64,000 nt of DNA from the NCBI GenBank assembly GCA_965112735.1, contig OZ218952.1, forward strand, positions 868,001 to 932,000, written 5' to 3'. Shown here piece by piece: positions 1 through 13,412 of the stretch. Positions within the stretch are counted from its first letter, which is position 1; the number at the start of each line of letters is the position of its first letter. The position numbers and the translations under genes were made by a program. The notes under the pieces are model-generated. The model saw only the letters and a list, made by a program, of their open reading frames with translations, was not told the DNA's origin and searched no databases. This stretch comes from Phaeosaccion multiseriatum (Eukaryota > Protista > Ochrophyta, other classes).

Positions 1-12
1 CTCTTTGGTCAG

Positions 13-540
13 GACAAGTTCGAGGCGGCTCTGCTGAGGCTCATCGTAGCGAAGAGAGCATTCCTGGCCCAGTCCGCCGCACTGAGAGAGGCAGCGGCGG
101 CAGAAGCAGCAGCAGTTGGGGATACGGCACCAGTTGTCGTCTTAGCGGCAGGAGGAGCTGGAGGAGGAGGAGGAGGAGGAGGAGGAGGAGGAGGAGTCAA
201 GGAAGAACATGAAGGACAGGGCAGTGCCCCACACGGAGCGGAGGAGGGGGGGGCGTCATCAGTACGGCGGTCGGCTACAGCCGAAGCAGCAGTAGAAGGA
301 GCCGAAGGGGCAGCAATAGCAGGAGGAGGAGAAGGAGGAGGAGGAGCGGGGGCGATTTCAATGGTGATCAAAGGCAGGGCTGGAAGAGGGGAGGGTAGCC
401 CGTCGATTGCGGCAGCCGTCGCTGGTGGCGGAGGGCCCTTGTCAGTCGTGGTCAGCAGCAGGAGCGGGGGGCGAGGGACAAGACGGGCAGTCACTGGTGT
501 GGCAGTGGTCGGCTCTGATGCGCAGGAAGAATCAATTATT

Positions 541-581
<41 letters not shown>

Positions 582-1773
582 CCCCTCGCTTTCCCCGTCG
601 GACCCCTCAGGCGTACTGCCAGCCACCACCACCGCCACCACCACGACCACCACGACCACCACGACCACCACCACTGCATCGCCTCGTCCTGCAGCTGCTG
701 GACGGAGGTTTGGCAGCAGGAAGGGAGGACCTCATTGGGACTATACTCGTAACGCTCTCGCCACGGCACTCGTCCCCGGGGGGCTCAAGTTTGCGGAGAT
801 ACCCGAGGGTATTCCATACGGGCAGCGGCGGGCAGGGGGAGGGGTCGGGCGGATAGGAGGGCCGGGGGGGCAGGGGAAGCAGTTGGTGATACAGGGGCTG
901 CAACAGGGGAAGGGGCAGCAGTTGGTGATACAGGGGCAGGGGCGGCAAGGGAGGGCCGGAGTGGACGAAGGACGGACAGCGGGGAGAGAGTTTTTGCACC
1001 GAGGTGGGGTGTGCGAGGGCTTGCGAGTGCTTGATCTCTTTTGCTACACAGGCTCCTTTGCCCTCAGTGCTCTGGCAGGAGGGGCGGCGTCCGCGACGGG
1101 GGTGGATCGCGATGGGTACGCCCTTCGGCTTGCGGCACTCAACGCCAAGCGGAATGGGCTGGTGGGGAAGGTGACGTGGTGTAAGGGTGAGGTAGGGGCC
1201 TATGTGAGTGAGCTGCTGGGGGAGGGGGAGGAGGAGGAGAAGAAGAAGAAGCACAAGAAGCGGTTGTTCGACCTTGTTGTGCTGGATCCGCCATCCTTCT
1301 CCCGCTCTCCTCGCTCCGTGACACGAGCTCAGAACAAGTTTGCGGCTCTAGCCGGGCGCGCATCGCTGTTGGTGCGGCCGTCGAGCGGGATGCTCCTATT
1401 GGTAGGGTGTGGAGGCACGTTTGGGAGCGCAGAGGAGATGGAGGAGTGTGTGGCTGGGGCGGTGGCTCGGCAAGGGAGGCGAGTTACCCTTCTGCAGAGG
1501 CTGAGCGACGACGCTATTACTGCTGATGGTGGAGAAGAGGAGGAGGAGGAGGGGGAGGGGGAGGAGGAGGAGGAGGAGGAGGAGGAGGAGGAGGAGGAGG
1601 AGGAGGAGGAGGAGGAGGAGGAGGGGTGGGGGAAGAGGGAGGGGGAGGAGAGGGGGGCGGAGGAGAGGGAGGAGGATGGGGAGGGAAAGGATGGTACAGC
1701 ACCAGCGGCGCTCCCTCCCCCTCACATGTCGCTGCTCGTCGTGTCTGAGCCGGTGGTCGCTGGGTTGCCGTAG
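13..1773 (+). CDS. Class I SAM-dependent methyltransferase, RlmI/RlmK-like (m5C rRNA MTase family); last exon only, with upstream exons outside the window
   Basis: The frame is open from a CAG acceptor at 10-12 to TAG at 1773. It carries motif I LRVLDLFCYTGSFALSALAGGA..GVD, then LAALNAKRNG and FDLVVLDPPSF, which are typical of RlmI/RlmK. It has long polyQ, polyT and polyE insertions. Confidence 0.8.
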
Positions 1774-1934
1774 AAAGCTTAAAGAGGAGTGGGTCTCTGG
1801 GGGGCGTGAGTTATGGTCCGCCGTCGGAGTTGTCATACCCCCTCGGGAACCTGGCTTGCCCTTCGGCTTCAGCTTCACCCAGCACTCCTATCAAAACAAG
1901 CCCTTTGTCCTCACAAAAGCCCTCACTAGCCAAT

Positions 1935-4046
1935 ATGCGTGCACCTTGCCTTGTGCTCTTCGTCGCCTCCGCTGCGCCTCTATGCAGTGCCTTTGTGGCA
2001 CCCTCGAGTGTGCTTGCGAGGTGAGTCCTACAGATCTTTTTTCAAAATCCTTCAATCCCCCCCTGCCTCCAACTTCCAGGACAAGTGGTTTCTCGCTCCT
2101 CACTCCACCTCCATCGCCTCTCTCTGTCTCTCTGCCTCTCTCTTCCGGCTCTCCGCTCTCTGCCCTCTACCCTCTGCTGGGGATGCTACAACACTGGCAG
2201 GGGCTTGCCCCAGAAGGCCGGAGCACCTCCTTCTCTCTCGCAGTCTCGCCGCGTTGTCATGATGGCCCAGAAGGAGGTGGACGCCAAGAAGTTTGCGAGT
2301 GATGTGTCTGCTAGTACGGAAGAGATGATGGGATCAGCCAAGGAGGCGATTGACAAAGCGAAGGTAAAGAGAAGAGGGGGGGGGGGGAGGAGTTGTGATT
2401 TGATGTCGTATTCAAAAGGTGCTGGGCGGTCTTGGAGTTGCGCAGAAGCTTGGCCAGCCTGCCGTCTCACTGGATGTGTGGTGTTGTTGGCCTTGTCGTC
2501 GAAAAGGCCCTTCTCAGAAGCGCCCCTTCCTTCCACACTTCAACATGTTCTTTCCATCTTTCTTCTTCTTGTCCTGCTGCTGCTGCTGCTGCTACTGCTG
2601 TTGTCTTTCTCTACCCTCCGTCCGGTACCATGGCCCAGCCGTAACACCTGTCTTTCCTACCGTAACTACACCCCAATCACACTTAATAACCTTCCCCACT
2701 ACCGCTACCCTTAACCCCGTCTCCCTCTCAGGCCTTCGCCAAGGACTTCAAGCCCGATGATGTCGCGGACGATGCCAAAGCCGTGCTAGAGGGCGTCAAG
2801 AAGAGTCTCAAGGAGGGAGAGGCCGGCCAGAGGGGAGAGGTCAGTCACTTGGGGTCGTCGAGTGTACGAGTGGGGCAAGGAGAGGGCCATACTGTCCCTT
2901 CACTTGCAACCCCCCCCAACAGGCGGGCGTCATTGTAATCGCATCAAGTCGGCCGCCGAAAGTACCTCTCATCGTATCCATACCCCGTGCCCATTCTTAA
3001 TCCCCGCCCCTCCGCCCCGCCCCTCATCGTCCCATCCCCCTCCACTGCCATCCTCGCAACACAGGCGCTGGTGGCGGCGCAACTGACAATCCTCCTCTTC
3101 ATCCTGCTCGGTGACGTACCCTTCGTGGGGGGGCTCCTCAATGTCTTGGCCGGGCCGGGCCTGCTGCTGGGAGGGGCGAGTTTCGCAGCCGCGGGGGTGC
3201 TTCAGGTGGGTGTGGTTGGGTGGGTGGGTGAGTGTGTAGGTGTGGGGGTGTATGTGTGTGGCGTGAGAGAGAGACAAGGAGGAATATCTTCTCTCTTTGC
3301 TCCTCCTCCTCCCCCCCCCCCCGCTCTCTGCCTCCCCCTTCTCTCTCTCTCTCCTCACTCCCCTCAATCCCCTCCCTCCTCCTCCCTCTCTCGCCTCCAT
3401 CTCTACCTTTATCTCTCTCTCTCTCTCTTTGTATGTATGTACATTAAACAAAACACCCGTCGTCGCGGTGGTGTGGTCGGTTGGTTGGTCGGTCGGTCGG
3501 TCGGTCGGTCGGTCGATCGATTGATCGATCAGTTGGGGAAGGATTTCAGCCCCTTCACCGTCCCATCTGAGGGCTCCATGCTAAAGACAACGGGTGCCTA
3601 CAGCATCTGCCGCCACCCCGCTTACACAGGCCTCGTGTTGTTCGGACTGGGGGCGGGCTTCACCACAGACAGCTTCGTTCGCATCTCCCTCTCGCTCGTC
3701 CTCGCCTACGTCCTGGTAAGTGCCTCGCGTTGTGGGCAAAGGAGTGCTGTCAGGGACGCGAATGGCGTTACCTTGTACCTGTCTACCCACATACATACCT
3801 ACCGCACTGTGACTGTGACTGTCATGATCTCGTCCTCATCCCCCTCATCCCCCCCCCCCCCCTCCTCCTCCTCCTCCTCCTCCTCCTCCTCCTCCTCCTG
3901 CCCCTCCTCCTCCTCTTCCTCCACCTGCGGTACCACAACATCAGGACAAGAAGGCAACAAAGGAAGAGGAGGCCCTGGAGGAGGCCTTCCCTGCCTACAG
4001 CACGTATAAGGACGAGGTCGCAAAGTTCCTGCCAAAGGTGTATTGA
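1935..4046 (+). CDS. Plastid-targeted isoprenylcysteine carboxyl methyltransferase / phospholipid methyltransferase (ICMT/PEMT) family membrane protein, 6 exons
   Basis: Signal peptide MRAPCLVLFVASAAPLCSA|FVAP is followed by a transit peptide. Exons are approximately 1935-2020, 2201-2362, 2732-2839, 3066-3206, 3532-3715 and 3944-4046, all GT-AG. Family motifs: LGKDFSPF..P, LKTTGAYSICRHPAYTG and EEEALEEAFPAYSTYKDEV.KFLP. Confidence 0.82.
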
Positions 4047-5408
4047 AGGGTGACGAGAGAGCCCAGTGGGAGAGAGAGAGAGAGAGAGAGGCCAGAGAGG
4101 GGAGAGGGAGGGGCCAGAGAGAGAAAAGGGAAGAGTCCGGAGAGAGAGAGAGAGAGAGAGCGGAGAGAGAGGATGGTGGTGGGCGGGCACTTGGGGCGGG
4201 AGGAGGGAGGGGGGCGGCTCGGGCCGAGAGAGAGCGCGCACGTTTTTTGCACACATTTCTTGTATACAAAATCGGTATTTCTATTACAAAGGCTATAAAG
4301 GGAAAGTAGCAATTTAGACATGTTTTTACGATTGTCTCTGTACTCTTTTTCCCCCCTCTGTTTGGGAAGACTATACACATAGAGACAGGATGGGAGGGAG
4401 GACAAAGCTATACTATAGTGAAGTGATATCAAGGAGGCACCGCTGGCGCCCTCTCCCCTCCCCGTTCCGTGTCTCGGCCTGAGCATATACAGCGGCGAGA
4501 CGGGCGGGCGGGCGGGCGGGTGGGCGGGAGGAGAGGAACCGCAGACGACAACACACACAACACAACTACTTTACTATAATATTAGTACGCACTTTTTTAT
4601 TTTAGAGAGAGAAAGAGAGAGGAGGAAGGAAAGGAACATTCCTTTTGTTAGTGGAGAGTTCTTTGAAACTGTCCATGCAGAAAGAGAAACCGCTTCCCCC
4701 AAGCGACGGCCAAGTGTCAGTTTCAGGTTCTACAGAGGGAGGTGTGAAGGTGTGATACGCCTTCAAGCTTCATGTCATCATCACCCCTTGTGGTGCTGCT
4801 CTCTCACACACACAAGTCTCTTCACTGGCGCTCTGCATTCTGTCCGGCTCTTCAGCGCCAACTCGGATCTATTAGAGAGCGCGTGATCGATCGGAGGAAT
4901 GGTTTGGAGGCTGGAGCTACACTTGTGTCCTTTTGTCCGAGACAGGAGGGCGCCAAGGCACCGACTCGCCGTCTTCCCAAGTCGCCTTGGACAGACAGGG
5001 CACAGAGGATTATCCGACCATCCATCCCGCGACAATATACAGCCCCAAGGTTAGGACCGCCTCAACAGCGCTGTGGTTGGCATGCATCGCTTTCCCGCCT
5101 GCCTCACTCGCATTTCCACTGGACACTGAGCCACCCCGTGTAAGGGCGGGTGTAAAGGCGGGCGTCCTGCCATCACTCCTTTCTGCTCCTCATAAGTCAT
5201 CGAAAGTCAAAAGAAGCCGGCAAGAGCAGAGGCCGTCCGTGACACGCGAGGGACGAGGGGAAGGTCTCTTCCATAGACCAACGGCCTTGCTTTCTTGCTT
5301 CTTGGCCCCTCCCTATCGTCTCTCCTTCCTTCCCCCAATGCATGCCGACGGACCCATCCGCCTGAGGGTGCGTAATGCGCGGGCGGGTAGCAATCGATCA
5401 GCCGGGGA

Positions 5409-6416
5409 TCAATCGGGGCCAAACAGAGCACCCAAGAAGGCCTCTGAGTCTCCCCCATCTCCCTCAGAGGCCTCGGCAAGCATAGCTGCGAGAGCCTTTC
5501 TGCCCGGCCGCCTGGCCGCCTCTACGGAGCAGTGGAGCAGGCCCAAGTCGCCAAGGTAGGCCGACAAATCGGGCCCCAGGTTGAGGCGCTCCAGAAGCTG
5601 CGGCACACTCTCCTCCTCCTCCCCCTTCGGGTGCTCGGGAGCCCTCATGCCAATCGGGCCGTTCGGCAGTGAGGCCTGCTGCTGCGGGCGAATGGCGAAC
5701 ATCACGTCCGTTCGAATGACGAACTTTGAGCCGCCTTGGTCGGCTTGCGCCAGGGGGGATCCACTGTGAAACAAGGCATGTTCGAACAAGACCACTCTAC
5801 CGGCTCGTGGGGTAATGGCCAGGGCGGTACCGTCGTCTACATCAGCAGCATTCAGAAACAAAGTGTTCCCGCCGGAGAAATCCACCCCCCCGCCGTTGTT
5901 GAGGTAGATGAGCACGGTGATGAGGCTCTCCCGGCCCTCATCGTCCGGAACCACACGGTCATAGTGGGGGTCGAATCGCTCCTCCCCCGTGTATCGTATG
6001 AGGCGCAGCCGCTTCCCGAGGCCGAGGGCCGGCCCGCATCTTTCCCGCTGCACAAAGCCCTCCAAAGCCGCCTCCAGGCCCCGCTCCAGCAGCCGCAGCC
6101 AGAGAGCATCCGCGAGTCGGGAGTCCTCGAGCACTGCAAGGTGGTAGGTAGTTCCCGAGGCAAGGGTAGAAGGCGGGCGGTACTTGGCCAGCGCGGCGTC
6201 CACCGAGCGGAGGAGGGGCGTGCCCCGCTCGCGGAGGCCATCGCACTCCTTCCGGTTCATGAGACCATCGAGCAGGAGGGCCAGGCAGCTCTCCCTCGCC
6301 ACTCGAGGGGAGGCGCCGTGTGGCACTGCGATGCGGCGCACGGAGTTATCCGTCGCCGGGCCTCCCACAGGCTCCTCCGCCGCGCTCCCTAGAGAGGCGC
6401 CCCCTAGAGATCCCAT
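5409..6416 (-). CDS. 2-oxoglutarate/Fe(II)-dependent oxygenase (prolyl-4-hydroxylase-like), intronless
   Basis: Within ORF 5409..6695, starting at MGSLGG (6416). It shows the HxD motif RFDPHYD, LIYLN..GG.T.F, the distal His in GRVVLFEHALFHSG, and KFVIRTDVMF. Confidence 0.88.
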   Translation of the reverse strand: MGSLGGASLGSAAEEPVGGPATDNSVRRIAVPHGASPRVARESCLALLLDGLMNRKECDGLRERGTPLLRSVDAALAKYRPPSTLASGTTYHLAVLEDSRLADALWLRLLERGLEAALEGFVQRERCGPALGLGKRLRLIRYTGEERFDPHYDRVVPDDEGRESLITVLIYLNNGGGVDFSGGNTLFLNAADVDDGTALAITPRAGRVVLFEHALFHSGSPLAQADQGGSKFVIRTDVMFAIRPQQQASLPNGPIGMRAPEHPKGEEEESVPQLLERLNLGPDLSAYLGDLGLLHCSVEAARRPGRKALAAMLAEASEGDGGDSEAFLGALFGPD

Positions 6417-6618
6417 CGCGATAAGGAGAAAGAAAAAAAAAAAAAAAAAAAAGTTTGGATTGCCATTTGTGAATGTTCGAACGTTCCTTCGGGCCGTTGA
6501 ATAAGTCAATTGATGATTCCCTCCGCCCCCAAATACGCGCTCACTGTATGCAGACTGCGTCATATCATATAAAGGAGGCGTTGGGGTTGCTTCATTAATC
6601 TCTGGCACCTCTATATAT
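6417..6618. promoter_or_regulatory. Putative bidirectional promoter between the 2OG oxygenase and the Patched/NPC1-like gene
   Basis: Only about 200 bp separate the divergent start codons. TATA-like CATATAAA lies near 6566 and CTATATATAT near 6611. Confidence 0.4.
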
Positions 6619-9600
6619 ATGGGGCCAGAGAGGGTAGTGGACGACACGATGACGCAGGACAAAGCAACGGGGGATGTCGTGGAGAACAGTGACACGACGC
6701 ACGAGGGGGGAACGTTTTACTCCCGTTGGTTACATAAACAGCACGCCAAGATCGGTGCAGGCTTCGCAAGATTGGGCTATTGGGTGGCGAGCCATCGCAG
6801 GACGACCATCATAACGACCCTCACAGTCTGCTTCATCTGCTTTATAGGACTGCTCAACGCCGAGACGGAGGTGAGGCTGCCTTGAATCCTCTCCCTGCTA
6901 ACAAAGATCCACAACGAAAGACCACAACATAAAAAATTAAGGGGCCCTGCTAGTCTGCGCCTTACGGTTGAGCTGCTCTCTTCTTTGGTACTTGGGCTCC
7001 CTCCGCTATCAGAGTGATGGCGACATACTCTACACACCCGACAACTCTCGTGAGAAGAAAGACCTGGACACGATTGAGGCTAACTTCCCAAGCGGTGAGA
7101 GTTTCAGGACAGAACATCTGTTGGTGGTGAACTGCCTCCCTCCCTCCCTTACTCACCCACTCACTCACTCACTGACTCGCTTTTTCACACTCCCTGGCCT
7201 CCCTTCTTCCCCCCCTCCCTCTGTCCATGTTCCACTTTCTGACTCAGTCTGACTTCCTCCCCTCCCTCACTCCCTCCCTTCGTCGCTCCGTCTGTCCATC
7301 CGTCCCTCCCTTCCTCTCCTCACTGGCTCACTCAACTACCTTGACACAGGCGGTGGCACCCTCGACCTCCTGTTCACCGCTGGGGGTGCGAATGTGCTGA
7401 CCCTGCCCTACATGGAGCAGGTAAAGGACAGCAGAAGAGGAGAGCTCAAGTCTGGCGGTGCAGGATCGTTCCTATGCGCTTTCCTTTGAGCTCCCGCAGT
7501 CCAGTCCAGGAATGGGCGAACAAACTCACCAACTGACTGACTGACTGACTTAGCTACCTGCCGGTCTTCCTTCCTTCCTCACTCACCCTTCTCTCGGCAG
7601 ATTTGGAGCGTTTATCTGGCGGGCGTGGGGGTGGAGACGGGAGCTGGAGACTTTGCAAGTCTGTGTAAGCAGAACTTTGATGGATCATGCCAACTTGGAG
7701 GAGTCGTTCAGTTCTGGGGAGGTGAGGGAAGGAGACAGAGGGTGGTGGGATGGATGGATGGATGGGTGAGCCTGCGGGTAAGGGAGAGAGGGAGGGAGAA
7801 AGGGGGTGGGTGGGTGGGTGAGGGAGGGATTGGGGCGGATGAGTGAGTGAATGAGCGAGTGAGTGAGCGAGCCACCCCCCTCCCTCCCTCCCTTGCAAAA
7901 CAAAGGCGACTACGATCTGTACCAAGCCGAGGTCAGCACCGAGAGCGATCTCCTGCAGGCTCTCAGCGCCACCGTCTTCCCCGACGGCGAGTTTGTCGCA
8001 TCCAATGCCATCTTCGGCAGGCAAGAGAGAGACTCGAGCGGTATCCTCGTTAGTGCAGAGGGAGTTACGGCCGCAGCCATTCTCGACGAGCAAGATGATG
8101 ACGCGGAAGATCGCAGCCTCGACTTCCAAAAGGTGAGGTGAAAAGATCCAAAGGTCAAGATCTTACCCACCCACCCTTACCCTAACTGACTTACACCCTC
8201 ATATGGCTCGACTGTCTTGCATTTGTCTTGCTGTCTGTCCTGTTTGTCTGTTTCTCTCATGTCTATCTGTGTATGTATCTCTCTCTGTCCACCTCCCTCT
8301 TTCTCTGCCTCTCATTCCTCCCTCTCTCTACTCCTCCCCCTCTATCGTCGCTGCCATTGCCCAGAAATGGATCGACGCAACAGAGATCGCTGTCGCAGGC
8401 CTCACAGATGGACTGGAAGGATTCTACTTCGCAGGAAGGAGCCTCGACGACGAGCTTGAGCGCTCTGTGGGAGGCGAAACCTACCTCTTCGTCCTCGTCT
8501 ACGTCGTCATGATCATCTTCGCCTCCATCACTATTGGAAGGAGGTGTGTATTCCATTTATGCTTGGTTTGCTTGTAATTTTTTTTTTTTGTGGCTGCGTT
8601 GTTCGTGCTGCCGTGTTCCTCCCCTTCCCGCTCCTTCTTCCCTTCCGGGGCGTTCTCTCTCTCTCTCGCTCTCGCTCTCTCTCTCTCTCTACTTACTCAA
8701 ATCTCCAAATAATCAACCTCCTCCTCACCACAACCACCAGGAACAACTCCGTGGAGCGCCGCAGTGTGGCGGGTGTATTGGGCGTAATGTCGGTGGCCAT
8801 TTCTCTCTTTGCGTCCTTCGGTCTCGGGGCGGCTTTCGGCATACCTGTCACCTCCCTCAACAGCGTGCTCCCCTTCATCATTGTGGGCATCGGTGTAGAC
8901 GATATGTACATCATCGCAGCCGCCTTTGACATGGTGCGTAGCAGGGAGGCGCTTCTATCTGTCCCCTCCTTCCATTCCTCCCTCTATCCCCTCCCGCCCT
9001 CCCTCCCGTCCTCCCCCCCTCCCTCCTCTCTCTCCCTCCCTCTCCCCATCCCTCCCTGGTGGGGCAGAAAACCGTTACGCTTCGTACTTCCTTTTACCTC
9101 ATGCCCCCTCTCCTCTCCCCCCTTCACACACATACAGACGCCCATGGATGAGTCTACCCCATCGCGCATGGCCGGGGCCCTGAGTCGCTGCGGTTTGAGC
9201 ATCACCTACACGTCCCTCACCGACATTACTGCGTTCCTCCTGGGTAGCCTCACCACTCTGCCCGCCGTGCGCTGGCTCTGCTACTACGCCGCTCTGGCCA
9301 TCCTGCTTGACTTCCTGATGCAGGTGAGGTTCCATGTATTGTCTCTCGCTCCCTCTCTTGCTCTCTCTCTCTGATCTGGGTCTCTCACTCCCTCTCTTGC
9401 TCCTTCTCTCACTCCGCATCTTGCTCTCCTCTCTCTCTCCTGATCTTGCTCTCGCTCACACACACTCACGTTCTTGCTTTCTCTCTCTCTCTGTCTCTCA
9501 CGTACACACTCCTAACCATGCTCTCTCTCTCCCTCTCCTTCCCATGCCGCCACTTTCCCTTCCCTTTCTCTCTCTACTTCCCTATGTCTCGTCCTCCCTG

Positions 9601-12600
9601 CCCCTCCTCCTCCTCCTCCTCCTCCTCCTCCTCATCCTCATCCTCCTCCCCTCCCCACCCTCTTCCCCTTCACAGATCACTTTCTTCGTGGCCGTACTTG
9701 CATACGATAACGAGCGGCAGAGAGCAGGCCGTCTGGACTGTTTGTGCTGCTTCAAGAGCAAGGCCTTCATCAGCAGCAGCACCACCACCCAGAACAGCAG
9801 CAATGTCAACAGCCGAAGGGAGGAGGAGGAGAAGACGCAAGAAGATGGTGTGGCCAACTCTGTAACCGCCTCTGCCTCCAATGGCGACAAAGCCTCCCCG
9901 TCGAACCTGCTGAGGTGAGGGATATGTATGTATTGTTTGTATTCGACTTGCTTGGGGTAAAAAGGAAAAGGCACAAAAAAGGAAAGGGAGTCCCTTTCTC
10001 TCTCTTCCTCGTGGCTGATTTCTCTCTCTTCCTCTTGCCCCTTTGACCCACCACCCCCCACCCCCCTGCCTTGGGACTTTCTCCTCTTCCTCTCCCCGTC
10101 TAACTCCTCGTGCAATGAATCAATGAATCAGTCTCTCTTCGGCGTCCTTTACGCGCGGCCCCCGCGGCATGAGTGAGAAGCAAGTGGTCAGCGACGCCAT
10201 CCTCGACAGCTCCAAGCTCGCCGCCTTCTTCCATGACTACTACATGCCCTTCCTCATGAAGGTGACACGCACGCACACACACACATACTCACACACATAA
10301 AGGTGTACATACTAGACACACACATATTTCTCCCTCTCACACACCTGCGCACACATGTACACACACGCACACCATCATTGTAAGCCCTCCCCTCCTCTCC
10401 ATCTCTTACCGACCACCCCTTCTCCTACACTCTCTTGTTGCCTTGTTGTTTCAGCCACTTACGAAGGCTGCCGTGCTGATGGTGACGTTGGCGATGCTGT
10501 GCGCCGCCATCTGGGGCATCACTGAAGTGGAAGAGGGCTTTGACCTCGTAACTCTAGTGCCTGATGTATGTATATACGTGTGCGTTTGTACCCTTCATGT
10601 CATATCCCCTCCACCCTCCCCCGCACTCACTCACTCCCTCACGCACTCACTCACTCTCTCACTAACCCGTTTACTCTCTCACTCACTCCCTCACTCACAC
10701 ACTCACTCCCCCACTCAATCACCGTTTTATTCTCTCACTCACTCACTCACACACTCCCATCACTCACTCACTCACGCACTCATCCGTTTACTCTCTCACT
10801 CACTCACTCACTCACACACTCCCATCACTCACGCACTCACTCACCCAGTCACTCCCTCACTCACTCACACACTCCCATCACTCACGCACTCACTCACTCA
10901 CGCACTCCCTCCCTCACTCACTCACTCTCTTCATTGTCACTTCCGTGAGACTTTTGTATGTTTGGTATCCAGCTGCCTCTTGAATGTGTCTCTTGGCTGT
11001 CTGCCTGACCTCTACTTTTCTTCGACCTTCATATCGACTCTCTGTATCGACCGCCAGAACTCTTACGTTAAGGCCTACGTTGAAACGGCTCGCAATACCG
11101 AGCTCTTCACCGGCATCAGCGATTTCGTTCCCATCTATCAGGTGAGGGAGTGACTGACGTACTAATGATTCCTGACTGGAACCGAAACTGATGAAACTCT
11201 AAACAAAACAAAAAACAAAAAACCTCGAAATCATGTTCCAAATTTATTCCAGGTGGCCGACAACCTCGACTACGAAGACGTGGCAGTACAGAGAGAGCTC
11301 AATCGTCTTATAGGCGACTTGGAGGACGTGCCTCGCAACAGCGGGCCTGTGGACTCCTGGCTTCAGGAGTTCCTGGCCTGGGCTGCGGAGGACAGCACGT
11401 ACAGCAGCGACATTGACAGCGACGGATTCTTCAGCAGTGATAGAGGCAACTTCTACCCCGCCTTGCGGGAGTATCTTACCACAAGCACGGGCTCGCGCTT
11501 CACAGACCTCATCGTGTTTGAAGAAGAGATCGTTACCGCTGATGGGGTGAGTGGGGGAAGGAGGGGAGGGAGGGCGGGCGGGCGGGCGGGAGGGAGGGAG
11601 TGAGTGAATGAGACAAGTCAGAGGGAGTGAGTGAATGAGACAAGTCAGAGGGAGTGAGTGAATGAGACATTTCAGTCAGTCAGTCCGCGTGCTCTGTGTT
11701 TGGGTCTCCGCCGTCTTGATAACTGCACCGCCACAATTCTCACCGCCCCCCCCCCCCCCCCACGCATCACACACCTGCACCAACAAACTTCCACTCCGCC
11801 CACGCCCCCATGCAGTATCCTCGCTGACCCACCCACATTCCCGCTCCTGCCCCTCCGCCCCCACACACCAAATGCCCTCCCTCCTCCATCTCCATACAAA
11901 ACACACACAATGTCCTGCCTTCTCCTCCGCCCCCCCTTCCTCCTTCCTCAGGAGGCTCCCATCCGCATCACAATGTACTCTCGGCTGTACATGAACGGCG
12001 TGGAGGAGGTGCAGCCAGCCATTGACAGCCTGGAAATGGCGAGGGATGTTATGGAAACGTCAGACCTCGTGCCCCGCCCCTACGTTTTCTCGAGAAAGTA
12101 CGTGTGCCGCGGATGCAGCTGTGACTGACTTGACCGACGGACAGACTGACTGACTTACTGACTTACTGATAGACTGACTGACTGACTGACTGACTGACTG
12201 ACCGACTGAGCGATAGACCGATAGATTGACTAATTGATATCTGTACGTGTTGCTCTGTTTGTCCCTCCGCGATGCTCGTCCCTACGCCCCTGCGCCCCTC
12301 GGTGCCGTTGTGCTGTGTGTCTTCCACCGCACCCCCTCCCTCTCCCTTCTCCCTCTCCTCTCTTGTCGGCGCGCAGCTTCATCTTCACCTCGCAGTTCCT
12401 GGTCATCTACGAGGAGCTGACGCAGAATTTGATTCTCGTCATCGTTGCCGTCTTTGTCTTCTCCCTCTTCATCCTCGCTCGGGTAAGAAAACAAGGGGCA
12501 GTACAGTGAAGTCAAGGGGCAGTACAGTAAGTCAAGGGGCAGTACAGTAAGTCAAGGAGTAAAGGCTTTTTGAGCATGTGCCGTATGAAGGGGCTTGGAC

Positions 12601-13359
12601 AAGGCGCAAGCAAGGGGGATTTCTCACGTGGAAGGACCCCACCCCAACCCGGAGGTCGGGATGTGTGAGCGTGTGTGTGCGTGCGTGCATGAGCCACATT
12701 AGCGTCTTGCGGCACAAGAGAGAGGGCACAGAGAGAATATGGAAGACGCAAAAGGGCAGCGCTTATGCTGCTGCTGCTGCTGCTGTACTTGTGTCTGTAT
12801 GTCGCTCGTTCTCTCTTTTGTACATCCATATCCCTTCTCTGTTTGTGTGCGTGTGAATGTGAAACCACCCACCTTCCCCTTCTCCTCACCCCACCCCACC
12901 CCACGCCCTACTCCCCTCTCTCCCTCTCCAGGTCCGCTACACCATCCTGACCTGCCTGGTGATCGCCCTCGTGGACGCAAACATCCTGGCCGGTGTGTAC
13001 TACTGGGGCCTCGAGATCAACTCTGTCACCACTATTCAACTCGTCATGGCGGTGGGACTCATTGTGGATTGGATCGCACATCCCATCGACTATTATCTCC
13101 TGCAGGTGGGTGAGACGCTGCTGCACTTGCGGCAAGAGTAGAAGAGCAGAGAGAGAGAGAGAGGGCGGACGGTACTCACCAAGGCGCTTTGTCAGCAGAG
13201 CAGAGAGGGGAGTGAATTCACACACACACACACTCTCTCTCTCTCTTTCTCCAGATCGCCTATTCTCGTTCTCCCGCTCTCTCTGTCGGAGGGCCTCCGT
13301 ACGTACTCACGCTCCGTACTGACTCGCCCTCCTCCCTTTTCCCTCCCCCACACACCGCA

Positions 13360-13412
<53 letters not shown>

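Noticed and set aside
4700-5400. Complex non-repetitive sequence with short ORFs
   Set aside because: I found no recognisable motif in the frames read. It could be UTR or a decayed element, so no call is supportable.
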